A stretch of DNA of 64,000 bases, taken from contig NC_043000.1 of the NCBI RefSeq assembly GCF_006345805.1, positions 53,816,001-53,880,000 on the forward strand. Direction: 5' to 3'. Shown here one piece after another: positions 27,196 through 39,745 of this stretch. This DNA is from Octopus sinensis (lineage: Eukaryota). The notes beneath the pieces are model-generated. The model had not been told where the DNA came from and did not search any database. It saw only the letters and a list, made by a program, of their open reading frames with translations. Numbering within the stretch: the stretch's first letter is position 1; each line of letters begins with the position of its first letter. Both the position numbers and the translations under genes were made by a program.

Positions 27196-28555
27196 CTATA
27201 TAAGAAGTGTGAGAAAATTAATCTGTCTTGGCAGTTAGATTTAATCTGTCCCTCGGTCTAACACCATCGTTTGGCCAGATAACCTTTGCAGAATTCATTC
27301 AGCTGCTTACAATTTAGTGAAATATCCGGTTTAGTAAACCATCCTACTTTCCTCCTGCCGGTATATAGGGAGCTTTATCTTTCTCATGATCTCATGCACA
27401 CCGCCAGTTTTCTTGTTATTTTCAAACACTTACCACTTCTATATCTCTATTTTATTCTATATTTCTGAATTTCTAGGATGCGTCTTATGTTTATTCTAAG
27501 CCTTTCATTTTGGTCTCTCTGATTCAATCAATAATATGCTTTTCTCTTCCCATCTTCCATTCGCAGCCATCTTCCAATCATCGGTAAATATCTTTTAATT
27601 CCATGTTTTCACTAATATTCCCCTTCTTCTTCCCCCTCTCCCTCATCCCCTCTCCTCCCCTCCTCCTCCTCATCATCATCACCATAATAGCCTAAAGGAG
27701 GTCCATCAATCCAAATACTATACATAATTGTGAAGTGGAAATATTTTGTAATTTATTTTAAACTACGTGAATATAGTGGAACAAAAAAGCGAAAAAAACA
27801 ATAAAAGAAGCAAAAAGATCATGAAATAAAAATCTCATTCTAATCCACCTCCTTTTCGCATCCTCTTACTTTCCCTTTCCTTCCACCCTCTTGTCTTTGA
27901 TTACTGATGAGGCCATTTCATTTCAGCTATTTTAATTGGTCGCTATGCGGTTTTACAAACTTAATCTACGTTGATTAAATTCATGGATTAGAAGGAGAGC
28001 AAAATCTCAGTAATAACTGCGACACAACGAAAATCAAACAACGAACCAAGGACATCAAATTGTCTTTGTTTTGTCCATAAGCCAATTAATATTATGTTAG
28101 AGTGTAGCAGGCGTGATTATCTACAGAGTTTCAATATCGGACAAAATGTGTTGCAGTATTTAGTTTTCGGTAGTTTATGTTTTTACCTTTCGCTATTCCT
28201 ATGTAATAATTTCAAGTCAACCCTGATTCACTTTGGCCGCAGCACTTTGAAATCGTATTCAGATTTAGTTTGGCAGAATAAGAACCCAAGAAATAAAAGA
28301 CCTTTTAAAGATTACGATATTCCATAAACCTTATACAATAATTATTTTCAAGTTAAATACAAGTCCAGCTACTTTGAAACGAGGGGATTAGATGCTACCA
28401 TTGACCATAGTAATTGACTGCTAATGTATTTCAACAATCTCGAAAGAAAGAAAAGCAAAGGCGACTGTGTCGAAATTTGAACTCAGAAAATCTTTACGGT
28501 CTACGTTCAAAACATTTTACTGTCGTTTCTTAAGTCGACTGTTGAATATCTTTAA

Positions 28556-29375
28556 TAAATATTATTTACATTATTTACAATTGACGGATATTTGTCCTCA
28601 TCTTGTTTGTTGTTAACACAACGTTTTGGATTATATACCCTCAAGCCCTCATCAGGTGTCTTGCGAAAATGTCGAACCTGGGTAAATATAGTGGAACAAA
28701 AAAAAAAGGTATTATTGGTGGTTTTACTCGAAGGAGATATTTGCGAAGTGTTGTATTAATTTTTAAAACTGTCCTGATGTCAAATGGGCGCCATTTATTT
28801 TGTATCTTTTCGGAGAGGCCTTTCAGATTGAGTCGATAGATTGTGAACAGTTTATCGGTTTCATTCTCTCTTTTCTTTATAAGTAGAGTGGAGAGTACGC
28901 TTTTGGGGTAGTTGTAAAACCACCAATAGAAGAGAATATGACAGAGAACTGCATCTACACCATACCATGCAGCTGTGGTAGGTTATACAAAGGTAAAACA
29001 AGTTGACCCCTCAAAATAAGGATAGCGGAACATCGCAAAGCTGTGATACGGGGAGATATTGATAAATCAGCTATAGCTGATCTATATATGGAAATATAGA
29101 GACCACCTCCCCCTGTGAGATGAAGTTAAAATAATAGACAAAGTACACCATTGGAAAATATGAAAACTAAAAGAAGCAGCACATATGCTAGGACACAACA
29201 ACCTCCTAAGCAGACCGAGTGCAGATATGAACAGCATATGTGAACCGGTATGAAGGATGGATAAGATAATATTAGATTTATAAGCCCTAAAATTCACTCC
29301 ATACTTACCCACGGCATAGTTGTTAAGAGAGCGGGCTACTAACCCCTAGATTCCGAGTTCGATTCCAGGCAGTGA

Positions 29376-29422
<47 letters not shown>

Positions 29423-29580
29423 TCAACAACAACATCGAAAAATATCTTAGGAATGAGAACACAAATTCGAAATATCCCCAAGACATCTGATGAAAGCTGG
29501 AGGGTATATCAGCTGAAACGTTGTGTTAACAACAAGCAAGATTAGGACAAATATCCATCAATTGAAAATAATGTACATAA
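28556..29580 (+). mobile_element. PLE of the same family as 23655-24560, 5'-truncated with inverted segments
   Basis: 28556-28682 is an inverted pLTR end; 28711-28914 is an inverted ORF piece; 28914-29280 is forward GIY-YIG; tRNA-like segment at 29310-29375; HHR at 29482-29527. Confidence 0.9.
29482..29527 (+). ncRNA. minimal type I hammerhead ribozyme
   Basis: GACAT-CTGATGA-A-AGCTG-gagggtatat-CAGCT-GAAA-CG-TT-GTGTT with palindrome AACGTT; the mirror at 28614-28660 has GAAA mutated. Confidence 0.85.
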
Positions 29581-30426
29581 TTCCTCATATCTTAGATATA
29601 GAATTGTATCTTTGATAAATGCGGCCTTTTTACTTTTCCAAAAGCTACACTTTATATACCATAACTGAACAAGTCTGTTTTCGATTTACGTTAAATATGT
29701 TAACTGGTGTTTGTATGAGGTTTCAAATAATGCATGACTAGTCTTAATATAATTACTGAATCTTAAAGACTTTTGATGATTTTATGTTTAAATATGCATG
29801 TAAAATAATCGTCGGCAAAATCATAGTGGGTTACTCCAGGAGTAATATAGTATCGATATAAAGTTACCGAGTTGACATGTCTGTGATGGGAATAGTCTTT
29901 ACTATTCAATCAATAAGGTCAGAAGCACTTACATAGTAGAAATATATCCCTAATCCACTTGTCTTGTACTTACCTTTAGAAATCCATATCGTGGAACGAA
30001 CAAGAATTACGCCTAACTGGTCTGCATTATCTTACATCGTTCATGTTGTCCATCTGCATATTTAATGCAAAATTCTTGCTATTGTTTACTTGATTTCTCA
30101 ACCACACGGAGTCCGTGAAGTAAATAAACGAAACAAATATGAACTCTCTAAATTATATTACAAGATAACTCCACATCATTTTGTTCGTGGTTGTTATGAA
30201 CTAATACTGAATGTTTGTTTCCAGATTATAATATAGAAATATTATTTTAGACTAGCGGGACCCGTGAATATTTCACGGAATCAATGGTAAACGTATAGGG
30301 GTATTTCTGAAAATTTCATCCCAAAACCTAAAGCAGTAGCCTGTGCTGCCTGTATTGATAGTCGCTCATATGCCTACTCATTGAAAAGCGTAAGAAATTG
30401 AAGTACGATGATTACTTAATGCACTT

Positions 30427-30672
30427 GTGAAAGGTAGAAGAGACCAGTTTGCTGGACATAGTTGTAGAGCTGGAAACGAGGCAACTTCTACTCTTCTCCT
30501 CTGGAAGTCATCTACTCGCAATACCAGAGGGCGCACACTCTACTACCCTGATGTAATCTCCAGGGATACAGGCATCCAGCAACAGGACCTCCGTAATGCT
30601 ATGATGGACCGTAAAATCTGGCGTAGCATAGTAAATTCCATTGTCTCGACCACGGTCGAACAATGATGATGA
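30427..30672 (+). mobile_element. 5'-truncated RTE LINE with target-site duplication
   Basis: VKGRRDQFAGHSCRA...LLLWK...GRTLYYPDVI...MMDRKIWR; (TGA)n tail; TSD TAATGCACTT at 30417-30426 and 30673-30682. Confidence 0.9.
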
Positions 30673-30980
30673 TAATGCACTTTATATATACACTTTATAT
30701 ATTTATGTCCTTTCTGCACGGTTTTATAGACTTAATACACTGCATTCATTAAATAAATATTCACTCTTATTTTCCCATTTTCCCCAGAAACAAAAATTAA
30801 AATAATGAAATCCTGCACATATAATACAAACTTTAGTTAAATTGCACATATCTTCCACTAAATACACCTTTTACTATCGTATAACCAGCACTAGCACTAG
30901 CCCCACCAACAAATCTCCACCACCACTATCATCTATCTGTCTCCTCCCCCTCTCTATGCCCCTTCCCTCTCTCCTTCTCC

Positions 30981-31735
30981 CTTTCTTTCTTTTGCTTCTG
31001 TCTCTCTCTCTCTCCTCTCTCTGCCTTTCTTTAACCTCAGCCCTCTGCTAAATTTATATTTTTAACTCTCTTCCTCTACGTTCAGTTAACATTTTAACAT
31101 TTTAATTACGTAATAACTATTACGTTCCCCCACCTAACGTCATGGTCGCTTCTCTCTCCTTTTTTTACTTTCTCCATCTTTTCTTTCTTCCTCCTTCTGT
31201 CTCACTCTTCGTCATAGCGTCTTTTTCTTTCTCTTCTATCTTTCTCATCTATTCCCCTTCAACTGCTCATGTGAAAGCGTTACAATTACATTCCCTCTAC
31301 CTCACGTCATGGACCCTTCTCTCTCCTTATTTTCTCCCTCTTTTTCCTTCTCCTTTTCTTTCTTTTGCTTCTGTCTCTCTCTCTCTCCTCTCTCTGCCTT
31401 TCTTTAACCTCAGCCCTCTGCTAAATTTATATTTTTAACTCTCTTCCTCTACGTTCAGTTAACATTTTAACATTTTAATTACGTAATAACTATTACGTTC
31501 CCCCACCTAACGTCATGATCGCTTCTCTCTCCTTTTTTTACTTTCTCCATCTTTTCTTTCTTCCTCCTTCTGTCTCACTCTTCGTCATAGCGTCTTTTTC
31601 TTTCTCTTCTATCTTTCTCATCTATTCCCCTTCAACTGCTCATGTGAAAGCGTTACAATTACATTCCCTCTACCTCACGTCATGGACCCTTCTCTCTCCT
31701 TATTTTCTCCCTCTTTTTCCTTCTCCTTTTCTTTC
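30981..31735. repeat. near-identical tandem duplication, unit ~373 bp, pyrimidine-rich
   Basis: matching ORF text at 31142 and 31515 (offset 373). Confidence 0.9.
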
Positions 31736-31801
31736 TTCCTCTTTTTCTCTAGTCACGTGAAAGCGTTACCAACGGTCTAAGCAACACAACGGCTAGCAGA
31801 A

Positions 31802-32500
31802 TCTTACTCTAATGGGCGTTATGTCCGTCTCTCTGTCTCTTTGTCTGTTCCCTCTTCATGGCCAGACTGCAGGACCAATGGATACGATATTTTTAGGGAT
31901 TACAAAGACGATTGTCAGGAAGGATTTTGGCATTAAAAAATCAGAAAATATGATTATTTCATGGATATCAATTTTTGAATTGATAAACCAGCTTCGCATG
32001 TTTATTAAAAATTCACCAACCACGAGTAACTCCGGAACTTCATCGTATAGTTCGTGGCTCCATCGTAAATACGAAAAGGGACACGAGGACGGTTAATAGC
32101 GAAAATAAAATGGAAATGTGTGTGTCAGTATATAATGTGCATGATTATTTAGTGGTTATTGAAGAATGTCAGTCACGAGTAGGATTCGAAACGGCTTATC
32201 GAAACGGTTGTTTTTTACATCCCAGTGTTGTCAATCAAAATAACCCATGGTACCAGAACATCCGGCCATTATTTGCATAGAACAGTGGGAGGTAAATCTT
32301 AGTTTGACTTTTTGCAACCTTAAAGATCCACTCGCACATTTATAGCAAACAAGGCACAGGGCCAGACTTTATATCGTGTAGGCGTATTTTTACCCACTCC
32401 GATGTTTACACACGGCCCTTTATACGTCGCTATGGGTAGAGCAACGGACACCTGTAATTCGAAAACAGAAAATATCCGACTGCAAAGAAGTTTTGTAATC
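31802..32500 (+). mobile_element. internally deleted Helitron with PIF1-like helicase C-terminal remnant
   Basis: 32345-32498 reads ANKAQGQTLYRVGVFLPTPMFTHGPLYVAMGR...KEVL*; TC-start 5' end with GTCT-rich region. Confidence 0.7.
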
Positions 32501-34249
32501 ATAATGATATTATGGAAAGGAATATGATTCAAAATTTAAATAATGAAATTTGTGAACTTTGAATGTATAAGAGTATAAACAAGCGTAATATAGTGTATAC
32601 AACTAAAATAAAAAGTATGTGTAAATAACATTTCTTCTTAATACATTTTATGTTGTTGTCAAAGGAAGTACTGGCTTTCGTTAGGAGTGGTCCACACAAC
32701 CATTCATGATACAGAAACTGTTTGCGAGTGAATCGTCATTACATGTCACTTAGTGGTAAACACATGTCATATAGCTGCAATAGAATGCTGTATCACCAAC
32801 AATAATGTGATTTCTCAAAGACATCACCCAGTAATCTATCAAATCCATTTACACATTTCTGAATACACACCGCTGTTGTGACTTCCCGCCCTCATTTTAT
32901 GCCTCCATCGTAGATGGGTAGATTTGATGGTTATTATAAAATATTCTTTCAGGACATTAATAAAGTATCTGTTGATTTCGACTCTGAGCATTCGTATGGC
33001 TGGTCAATTGGAATTGAAATTTAACTCGCAACTGCATGTCCCCTTACCGTAATTCCACAACTGTAGATACGTGAAAATAGTAGACAATCCATACTAGGAA
33101 AAGGAAAGAGGAAATGAGCCTAAGTATTATATTCCGAACACAAAAAAAGGCTAAGTTGATCCCGGCACATTTGAGCTCAAACGACAGAGAGCCGGTGGTA
33201 TGATGGAATACTGCCAGATATTCCATCTGATGTTATATCAATAGTGCAAAACTTGCACCTTTCATAATGGATATAATGAAATTACATGATGTAATATTTT
33301 CGTATAGTCAATAACGTAATCCAGAGAGGATGAATCCAATTAGCCAATGGTATAAAGGTGGGATATTATACTTCTACACGACGATTAGGAAATTGATAAC
33401 AGTGAACCGAATAAAATTCTTCATGATAATTAAAGCTTTTTTTTTTTTGGCTCAATCTCAAGTAAATGGCAAAAAGTGTTTTTGTGTTGTAACTATGTTT
33501 TTATTTATATTTCATTAGCTAATTCTGTCTGAAACTTTATTCTCCAATACATCTTTTCTTATTTAAGGTGGTAAAATAGTCGTATTTCAGGGAAATTTAG
33601 CAGTTTTAGCGAAAACAATGAAATTTTACCGACAGCTCATTTTCCATGTATTTTTATAAACCTTCTCATCTTGAATTCCAAACTTATTGGTTTAAAATTT
33701 GATTTCCAATCTTCTGAATATCAATAGCATAAATTTCAAGCATGCATATGAGTGAAATAAACATTAATATACATTAAACTGCTGCTACTTACATAATCAT
33801 TTTTTCTTGATATGTCAGTAGGTTATTTCTCTATGAAATTAGTAATGACCTAATATTATCATTATTATCTACGATGCATAACTTTTAATGATCCATTCTA
33901 CCCATTTCTACAAAAAAGAACTGTATACTCTGCAAATCTTTACCGCTCTGGAGTGTTTGTTAGCGACTGTACCGGTCACTAATTTCTGCCGTGTCAGAAC
34001 GGAAGACCTTCTGCAGCCTTTCACGCTGTAGTAAATTGCAGTTAATTCTTCCTCATATATTGTCCAACCGTGTTAAGCATAAATAAGTCGGCCGGATAAA
34101 GTAATCCCGAGAATATTATTCCAGAAAAGAAGAGAGGATATTTATGGCTTTAAAGACAGTCAAAGATAAAATTGTAAGGGAATAATAGGAACTCTGTCAA
34201 AGAATGACTAAACACATCACTCAACAAGAAACGAAATATACATCTATAT

Positions 34250-35350
34250 ATGTCAGAATTGTACAAATGCTCACATAAATGCAATCCGACCAAACATTTT
34301 CAAAAGTTTCTGCAAATAAACGATATTCCAGAAAACATAATAATATCAACAATAGAGGCACCAACGATAAAGATAAGAAATAATATTATTTACTACCGAT
34401 CCCAACGTCAAAGCTTTGCTGAGCTTGCTTTAAGAACGACTTGCTGAAACTGACAAAATTCCATTATACAATGCAAAAATCATCGGGAACATAAACATCT
34501 GTACGATGCTAAACTATTTTATTCTGATACACGACACAACAAATATATTCAATATCTAAAGCATTCTGTATTTAGATATATAAAAAAAAATTACAGCTAT
34601 TAAGAGATGACAGAACACTATAAATACAACACCCAAAACCTAGTGACACATGAGATATATGAACATTACCAACAACAATATTTCCAGTAGACATTAAGTT
34701 TTGGCATTAAGACTCTTTAACTAACCTACTTTCATTCTTTGAAAGATATATGCACTCAATAAATTTCTAAATACAACTGTCAGCGTAAAGGATAATATGA
34801 AAGCTTGACAGTAAAACTTCCTTTATATATTACGCAACACAGTATTACAAACCTCCTTTTCATACAAATTACACCATTCTATAAAACTTTTCTTAGATAA
34901 CCCGTTATTTAGCACAAGTACTCCATCCCCGCAAACATCACTTGGCATACCAAGGCCCAATATTTTTGTGTATTAAATTATCATCACAAGCACCCATATC
35001 AATGAAACGAAGCAAAGAGATTTTACAACACCAATGGAACTAGTTCCAACTAAAAATTAAATTCCTATTTTCAGATTTCGAGAAAATTATAGTTAGCAAA
35101 GTGATTCCATGCACAAGTTTATTTCAGCAAGCAACAAAGATACTACATCGATTACACACCAGAAATGGCAAAGCATTTAAAGATGAAAAGAAAACAACTC
35201 TGTACCAAACAATTTAACAAAGAAAAATGGAAAATTAAAACACCACTTAAAGGAAACAACAAAAGGGAACTGGCAAACAAAAAAGGACAATGCAAACATC
35301 AAAATAACTGTAGTGTAATTTTCATATTCATCAACAGCCACAATAGTCAT
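34250..35350 (+). mobile_element. decayed PLE reverse transcriptase remnant
   Basis: INDIPENIIISTIE (cf. LP.N.ILVT.DV) and faint downstream YK..RYL..S.HP-like pieces; very degenerate. Confidence 0.35.
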
Positions 35351-35662
35351 GTTATATAATTATGTCACAGTAACAATATCAATCTACATACCTACCACTA
35401 AGCAAATGTCTTCATTTGCCATTTCTTTGAAATCGGTTATAAAAAGATGTCAGAGACATGCATAGAGGAACAGAGAAACTTGTCTATGATGTTGACCATT
35501 TAATTATGTCCATCAAATGAGCAAAGGAACCACAAATGGACGAAGGACAGGGGAACAGGCGAAACCAGGAGAATGCACCTAAAATTTACTTATCTGAAGG
35601 AATCATTGCCAAAATTCTCGTATAAAATTAAACATACCATCACCTTTTTGTTGTAACATTAC

Positions 35663-36217
35663 TTAGTTAAAACTCAAAGCAAATATACACAACAAACAGC
35701 CAGTAAAATAATATCATGCAGACCCATTACCTTGGTATACTTATTCTCACTTATTCTAGATTGAGTATTCTTCAACGTAGCCCTTCTAAACCTTGATTAA
35801 TCGGAATATATCTTCCAAATCTCAGCAAGAAATGCTACAGTTACATTCAGTCACAACATTATGACATCAGAAAAGACCACCTGCACAAAAGTTCAGTATC
35901 AATACGTATCTTCGACTCCATTTCCTACTATACAATTATAAAAATAGTGATTAGCAAATGAAGAAAAAACATATCCCTCTGGCACACTAATAACTAACTG
36001 TATAGTTTTCACTAGGTTTTACCCATCACAAGTATTTTCGCTATACACAGCTTTCTTCCACATTTTCCAAACATACACATTGTCTCGAGCAACGGACATA
36101 AAACTTGTCATTTCGTCATTTTGCGAGTCAGTGCGGCTCATATTCATCAAAGCTAACCAGTTCACTTCGAGAGTTTGTTCGACGACAACATAACTTAACA
36201 CATCAGCTGTAGTCCCT
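35663..36217 (-). pseudogene. GPCR pseudogene exon (ECL2-TM5-ICL3-TM6)
   Basis: one frame with 6 stops: ...FVQVVFSDVIML*LNVTVAFLAEIWK...IILLAVCCVYLL*VLT; gtaatg donor in phase with the last exon. Confidence 0.65.
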
Positions 36218-36657
36218 CTGACAAACTTATATATGAATATGAAATGTAGCAAGCAATTAAAATTAATAACTTACGTATACCACACACAAGGAGAAAAAAA
36301 TAAAGAAATCTACAGAATACATATGCACAACTTTCGCTAAAGGATGCTATTGACATTAAGAAAGAAACATTAACAATGATATACAACTGTACATTACATC
36401 TATCATAGGTTATTCCTCTCCTACTTTCTCCGTTAATCATTTTACAATAAAAACATAAAGTAGCAATGCATTTCATTCCAGATCACACCTACTGATCATC
36501 TATACCAGTAAAAATTATGTATCTGATCACAGGGAAAGTTCAATCTGTTGAAATGCCCGTACCAACTATAAATCTAGCAGAATAGCAGTTGAAATACTTC
36601 GTGTGCATTTTCCTATGGCTACCACCAGATAATACCGAAGGACATAAAAATACTCAC

Positions 36658-38289
36658 GACGGTAAAGAATGTCAAATATATGCATATTGTTATGTTTGAC
36701 GCTATATGAATGCTTGATTACAAAGTTTCAACAGCGCTCTTCAATAACACGGAAACAACGTTTAGGTGATAAAATGGATCCGTCACCCATTCAACAACCT
36801 ATAAACAATAGTGTTGTAGAATCAGGGCTGACATGGGGTTGGACAACAAAAACTGATATATACCAAACGAAGGAACGCACATGATATTACGTGATCTGGT
36901 CGGAACAATAGACAGATAGAAGCGAAAATAAGAGAATCGGTTGAAAGGTTCATTGTCTGACCAAGGTGTTCTTGCGTAATATGACCGAATGAGGTTTAGT
37001 TTTCATTGTAGTCCTGCTTGTCGTGCACACACTTCCTCCGTCGATGCTGCAGTGCTTAGATGAGTTGGCGAAGAGGCTTTCTTTTCATTTGTCAAAACTG
37101 TCATCAACAGGACACAAAACGTCATAATCACTGCGATAATTGTTCTCAGCCAAGTGTATCTTCATGTTGGAGAATAGATGATTGTTAGATGGGACTAAAT
37201 CAAGAAAATAGAGAGGTTGGTCAAACTAGTTCACAGCGACAGTCACGCACAGCAGCCATTGACACCAATGATTGTGTGCAGGAGCATTATCATGAAGAAA
37301 CAAAACACATATCATCAGTTTTTCTAGGCGTTTGATCTTGATGGCCTTTCGTAACTGTCTCACTATGGTGGCATAGTACATTGCATTGATTGTGTGACCC
37401 TTTCAAAGGTAGTCAATAAATACAATGCATTTTGCATTCGCAGCCACCAACTTCCCTGCTCATGAAACGAGCCTAGCCGTCTTTGGAGTAGGTGAGGAAG
37501 GTTGATTCCACTGCATGAATTGTCCCTTTGTCTGAGCCTCAAAATGAAGAATCCTAGACCAGGATGGTCTAGGAGACGTTCAAATAAACCAGCTATATCT
37601 GCTTTAAACATGTCAGATTTTCTTTCTAACACCTGATCAAAAGTGTACCTGGCTGTTCACTTGGTACACTTTTGATCAGGTGTTAGAAGGCGTGACACCC
37701 ACCAAAAAGATCCCCTTCCACATCCCAAGATATTTGTACAGGATATTCTGATCTATTTTACGGGAAATGCTAATAGCGTTGGTTAATTTCCTGTTATCCA
37801 TCACCACGTGCGGAACACAATCAATATCTTCTTCAGGGTGGCAGTTTTGGCACACGTCTAGACGTCATAAAGTTGCCACCTCATATTTAAAACTCTCCCT
37901 TCCCCTCCCAAATTCAGCTGCCCAACTTTTGCAGCGTTGACAATGCTGGAGCTTAAGTCCCTAAAGTAGCAACCAAGTCAGCATAATTGTCCGGGAATGG
38001 GTGCTAATTTTTTTTTTCTGTTGGTACTTGATAACACCAATATGCCGAATTTTGCCAACGTTCAATAGAAGTCGCTACTAGTTACTTTTAAAGTTTTCTT
38101 TGAACAGTTAGATGTCAGTCTATCTGGAAAAATAAACTGACATCTTTTGTATGTAAATACTGTGAGTTTAATGTTTCCAGCTGAACTCACTGCTCGAAAT
38201 GAACATAGATGCTCCTTATTTCCTACAATTAACCGAACATCCATCATTTAATGAAGCACTTTCCGTGCATTTGAATTTACGTGACTCAT
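36658..38289 (-). pseudogene. GPCR pseudogene 5' exon (TM1-TM3), split by mariner
   Basis: removing the mariner at its TA joins ...LIVGN...VFT-Y-FRFYLSIV...QHYCL*...NITICIYLTFFTV in frame, ending at a gtgagt donor. Confidence 0.5.
36931..38149 (-). mobile_element. decayed mariner transposon
   Basis: WVSRLLTPDQK, VFIDYL, HDNAPAH and PLYFLDLVPSNNHLF (YSPDLAPSD-like) motifs; degenerate TIRs; TA at 36929-36930 and 38150-38151. Confidence 0.85.
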
Positions 38290-39043
38290 GATATTATAAT
38301 CCCATACATTATCGCATACACAGTCATTTTACATCTGTTTCAGTGTAATGATTATATCTAGCATTTATTATTTATATATTAAATATAGCTTTGACATATT
38401 GTACAACCCTGAAGAGAAATATTTCTTGGTCAGAAAAAAATATTTTGGATTCACTGCAATGACTACTGATACATGAATTATCTTGCAATTTAATTAACTA
38501 TGAAAATAATTGCTAATCAAGTGATGATTAGAAAGTATCAAACTGTTAATTAGTAATACAAGAAGTGCTAGAAATTATTGGGTTATATTAAGTCTTGATT
38601 GGCTATGTTGATTAATTAAGCATTAATCGAAGATATTAATGATGTTTTTTTTTTTCCTTTTCTAAGATAGTTTTAAATAACTACCTATCTTTGAATTTAG
38701 ATTCGTTTGTGTGACTGAAGTTTTCAGAAAGTATTTCAGCAGCTAATCTGCTAGAAGCAAGTATCCATTATGCAGAAGAAGCTGTAGAGAAAATTGTAAA
38801 ATATTACACATATATTAAATTAGTATGAACTGAAATTAGATGTTATAATGAGATGTGAAAAAATAAGCCCAGCGTGTAATATTTCAGACATTTCTAATAC
38901 CACATGCTTGATATATCGTAATGCTAGACGCAGTTTAGTACAATAGATACGTCAATTCACGACTTCGACAGCGTGGTTTGTTACTAAGATTTGGAGCACA
39001 CGCAACGCCTCTTTTCATTATTAATATTATTAGTTAATAGCAA

Positions 39044-39240
39044 GGGACGAGCTGGCAGAATAGTTAGCACACCGAACAAAATGCTTGTCTGCATTTTGTC
39101 TGTTTTTTACCTTCTGAGTTCAAGTCGAATTTTATATTTTTTCGGGGGAAAGACAAGTGAAGTATCAGCCAAGCACTGGTGTCGCTGCAATCTACTAGCC
39201 CCCTCCCACAAAATTTCAGGTCTTGTGCTCATTGTAGGTA
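39044..39240 (+). mobile_element. SINE family A, diverged
   Basis: GACGAGCTGGCAGAATAGTTAGCAC...AAATGCTT...CTGAGTTCAAG. Confidence 0.7.
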
Positions 39241-39617
39241 GAGGTTCTTTTAATATATCAACGTATTCATACTGAGTTGCTTGTATGATAAAACATCATA
39301 ATCATATTCACTAACAGGCGTAGAAACAAATGTAATACACTTTTTTTTTATATTTTTCCGTTCACAAACTTAACTTATTGATTCATTTGGATGATTCGGG
39401 AGCATAATTCACATCAAATATTATGTTTTGGAGAGAGAGTTTAAAACTTAGTCAATTGCATCATATTCCTTGTATGCATATCATTATGTTAAGAAACCCA
39501 CTGCATTATTGGACTTCGAACAAAGAGAAAACAACAAGGCAGTATATATATATATATATATACGCATGCATACATGCATACATATATACATACATACATT
39601 CACACACACACACATAT

Positions 39618-39674
<57 letters not shown>

Positions 39675-39707
39675 CTTTATCTAAAAGCACCAGAAATATA
39701 ACAAAAG

Positions 39708-39745
39708 CTGTTACTCAGAGTTTCACGTTCCTGTTCGTCGGAGAG
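39708..39745 (-). ncRNA. degenerate hammerhead motif
   Basis: minus strand reads CTCT-CCGACGA-ACAGGAACGT-GAAA-CTCTGAG-TA-ACAG; flanked by IR ATATAACAAAA/TTTTGTTATAT. Confidence 0.5.

Larger units (their letters stand above)
30252..31790 (-). mobile_element. probable non-autonomous Helitron; 3' end at 30252, other boundary uncertain
   Basis: minus strand ends with hairpin CCGTGAA-ATA-TTCACGG then GTCCCGCTAG|T. Confidence 0.5.

Noticed and set aside
27200-27600. Possible RTE remnant on the minus strand (RMEDGK...)
   Set aside because: Single weak motif only.
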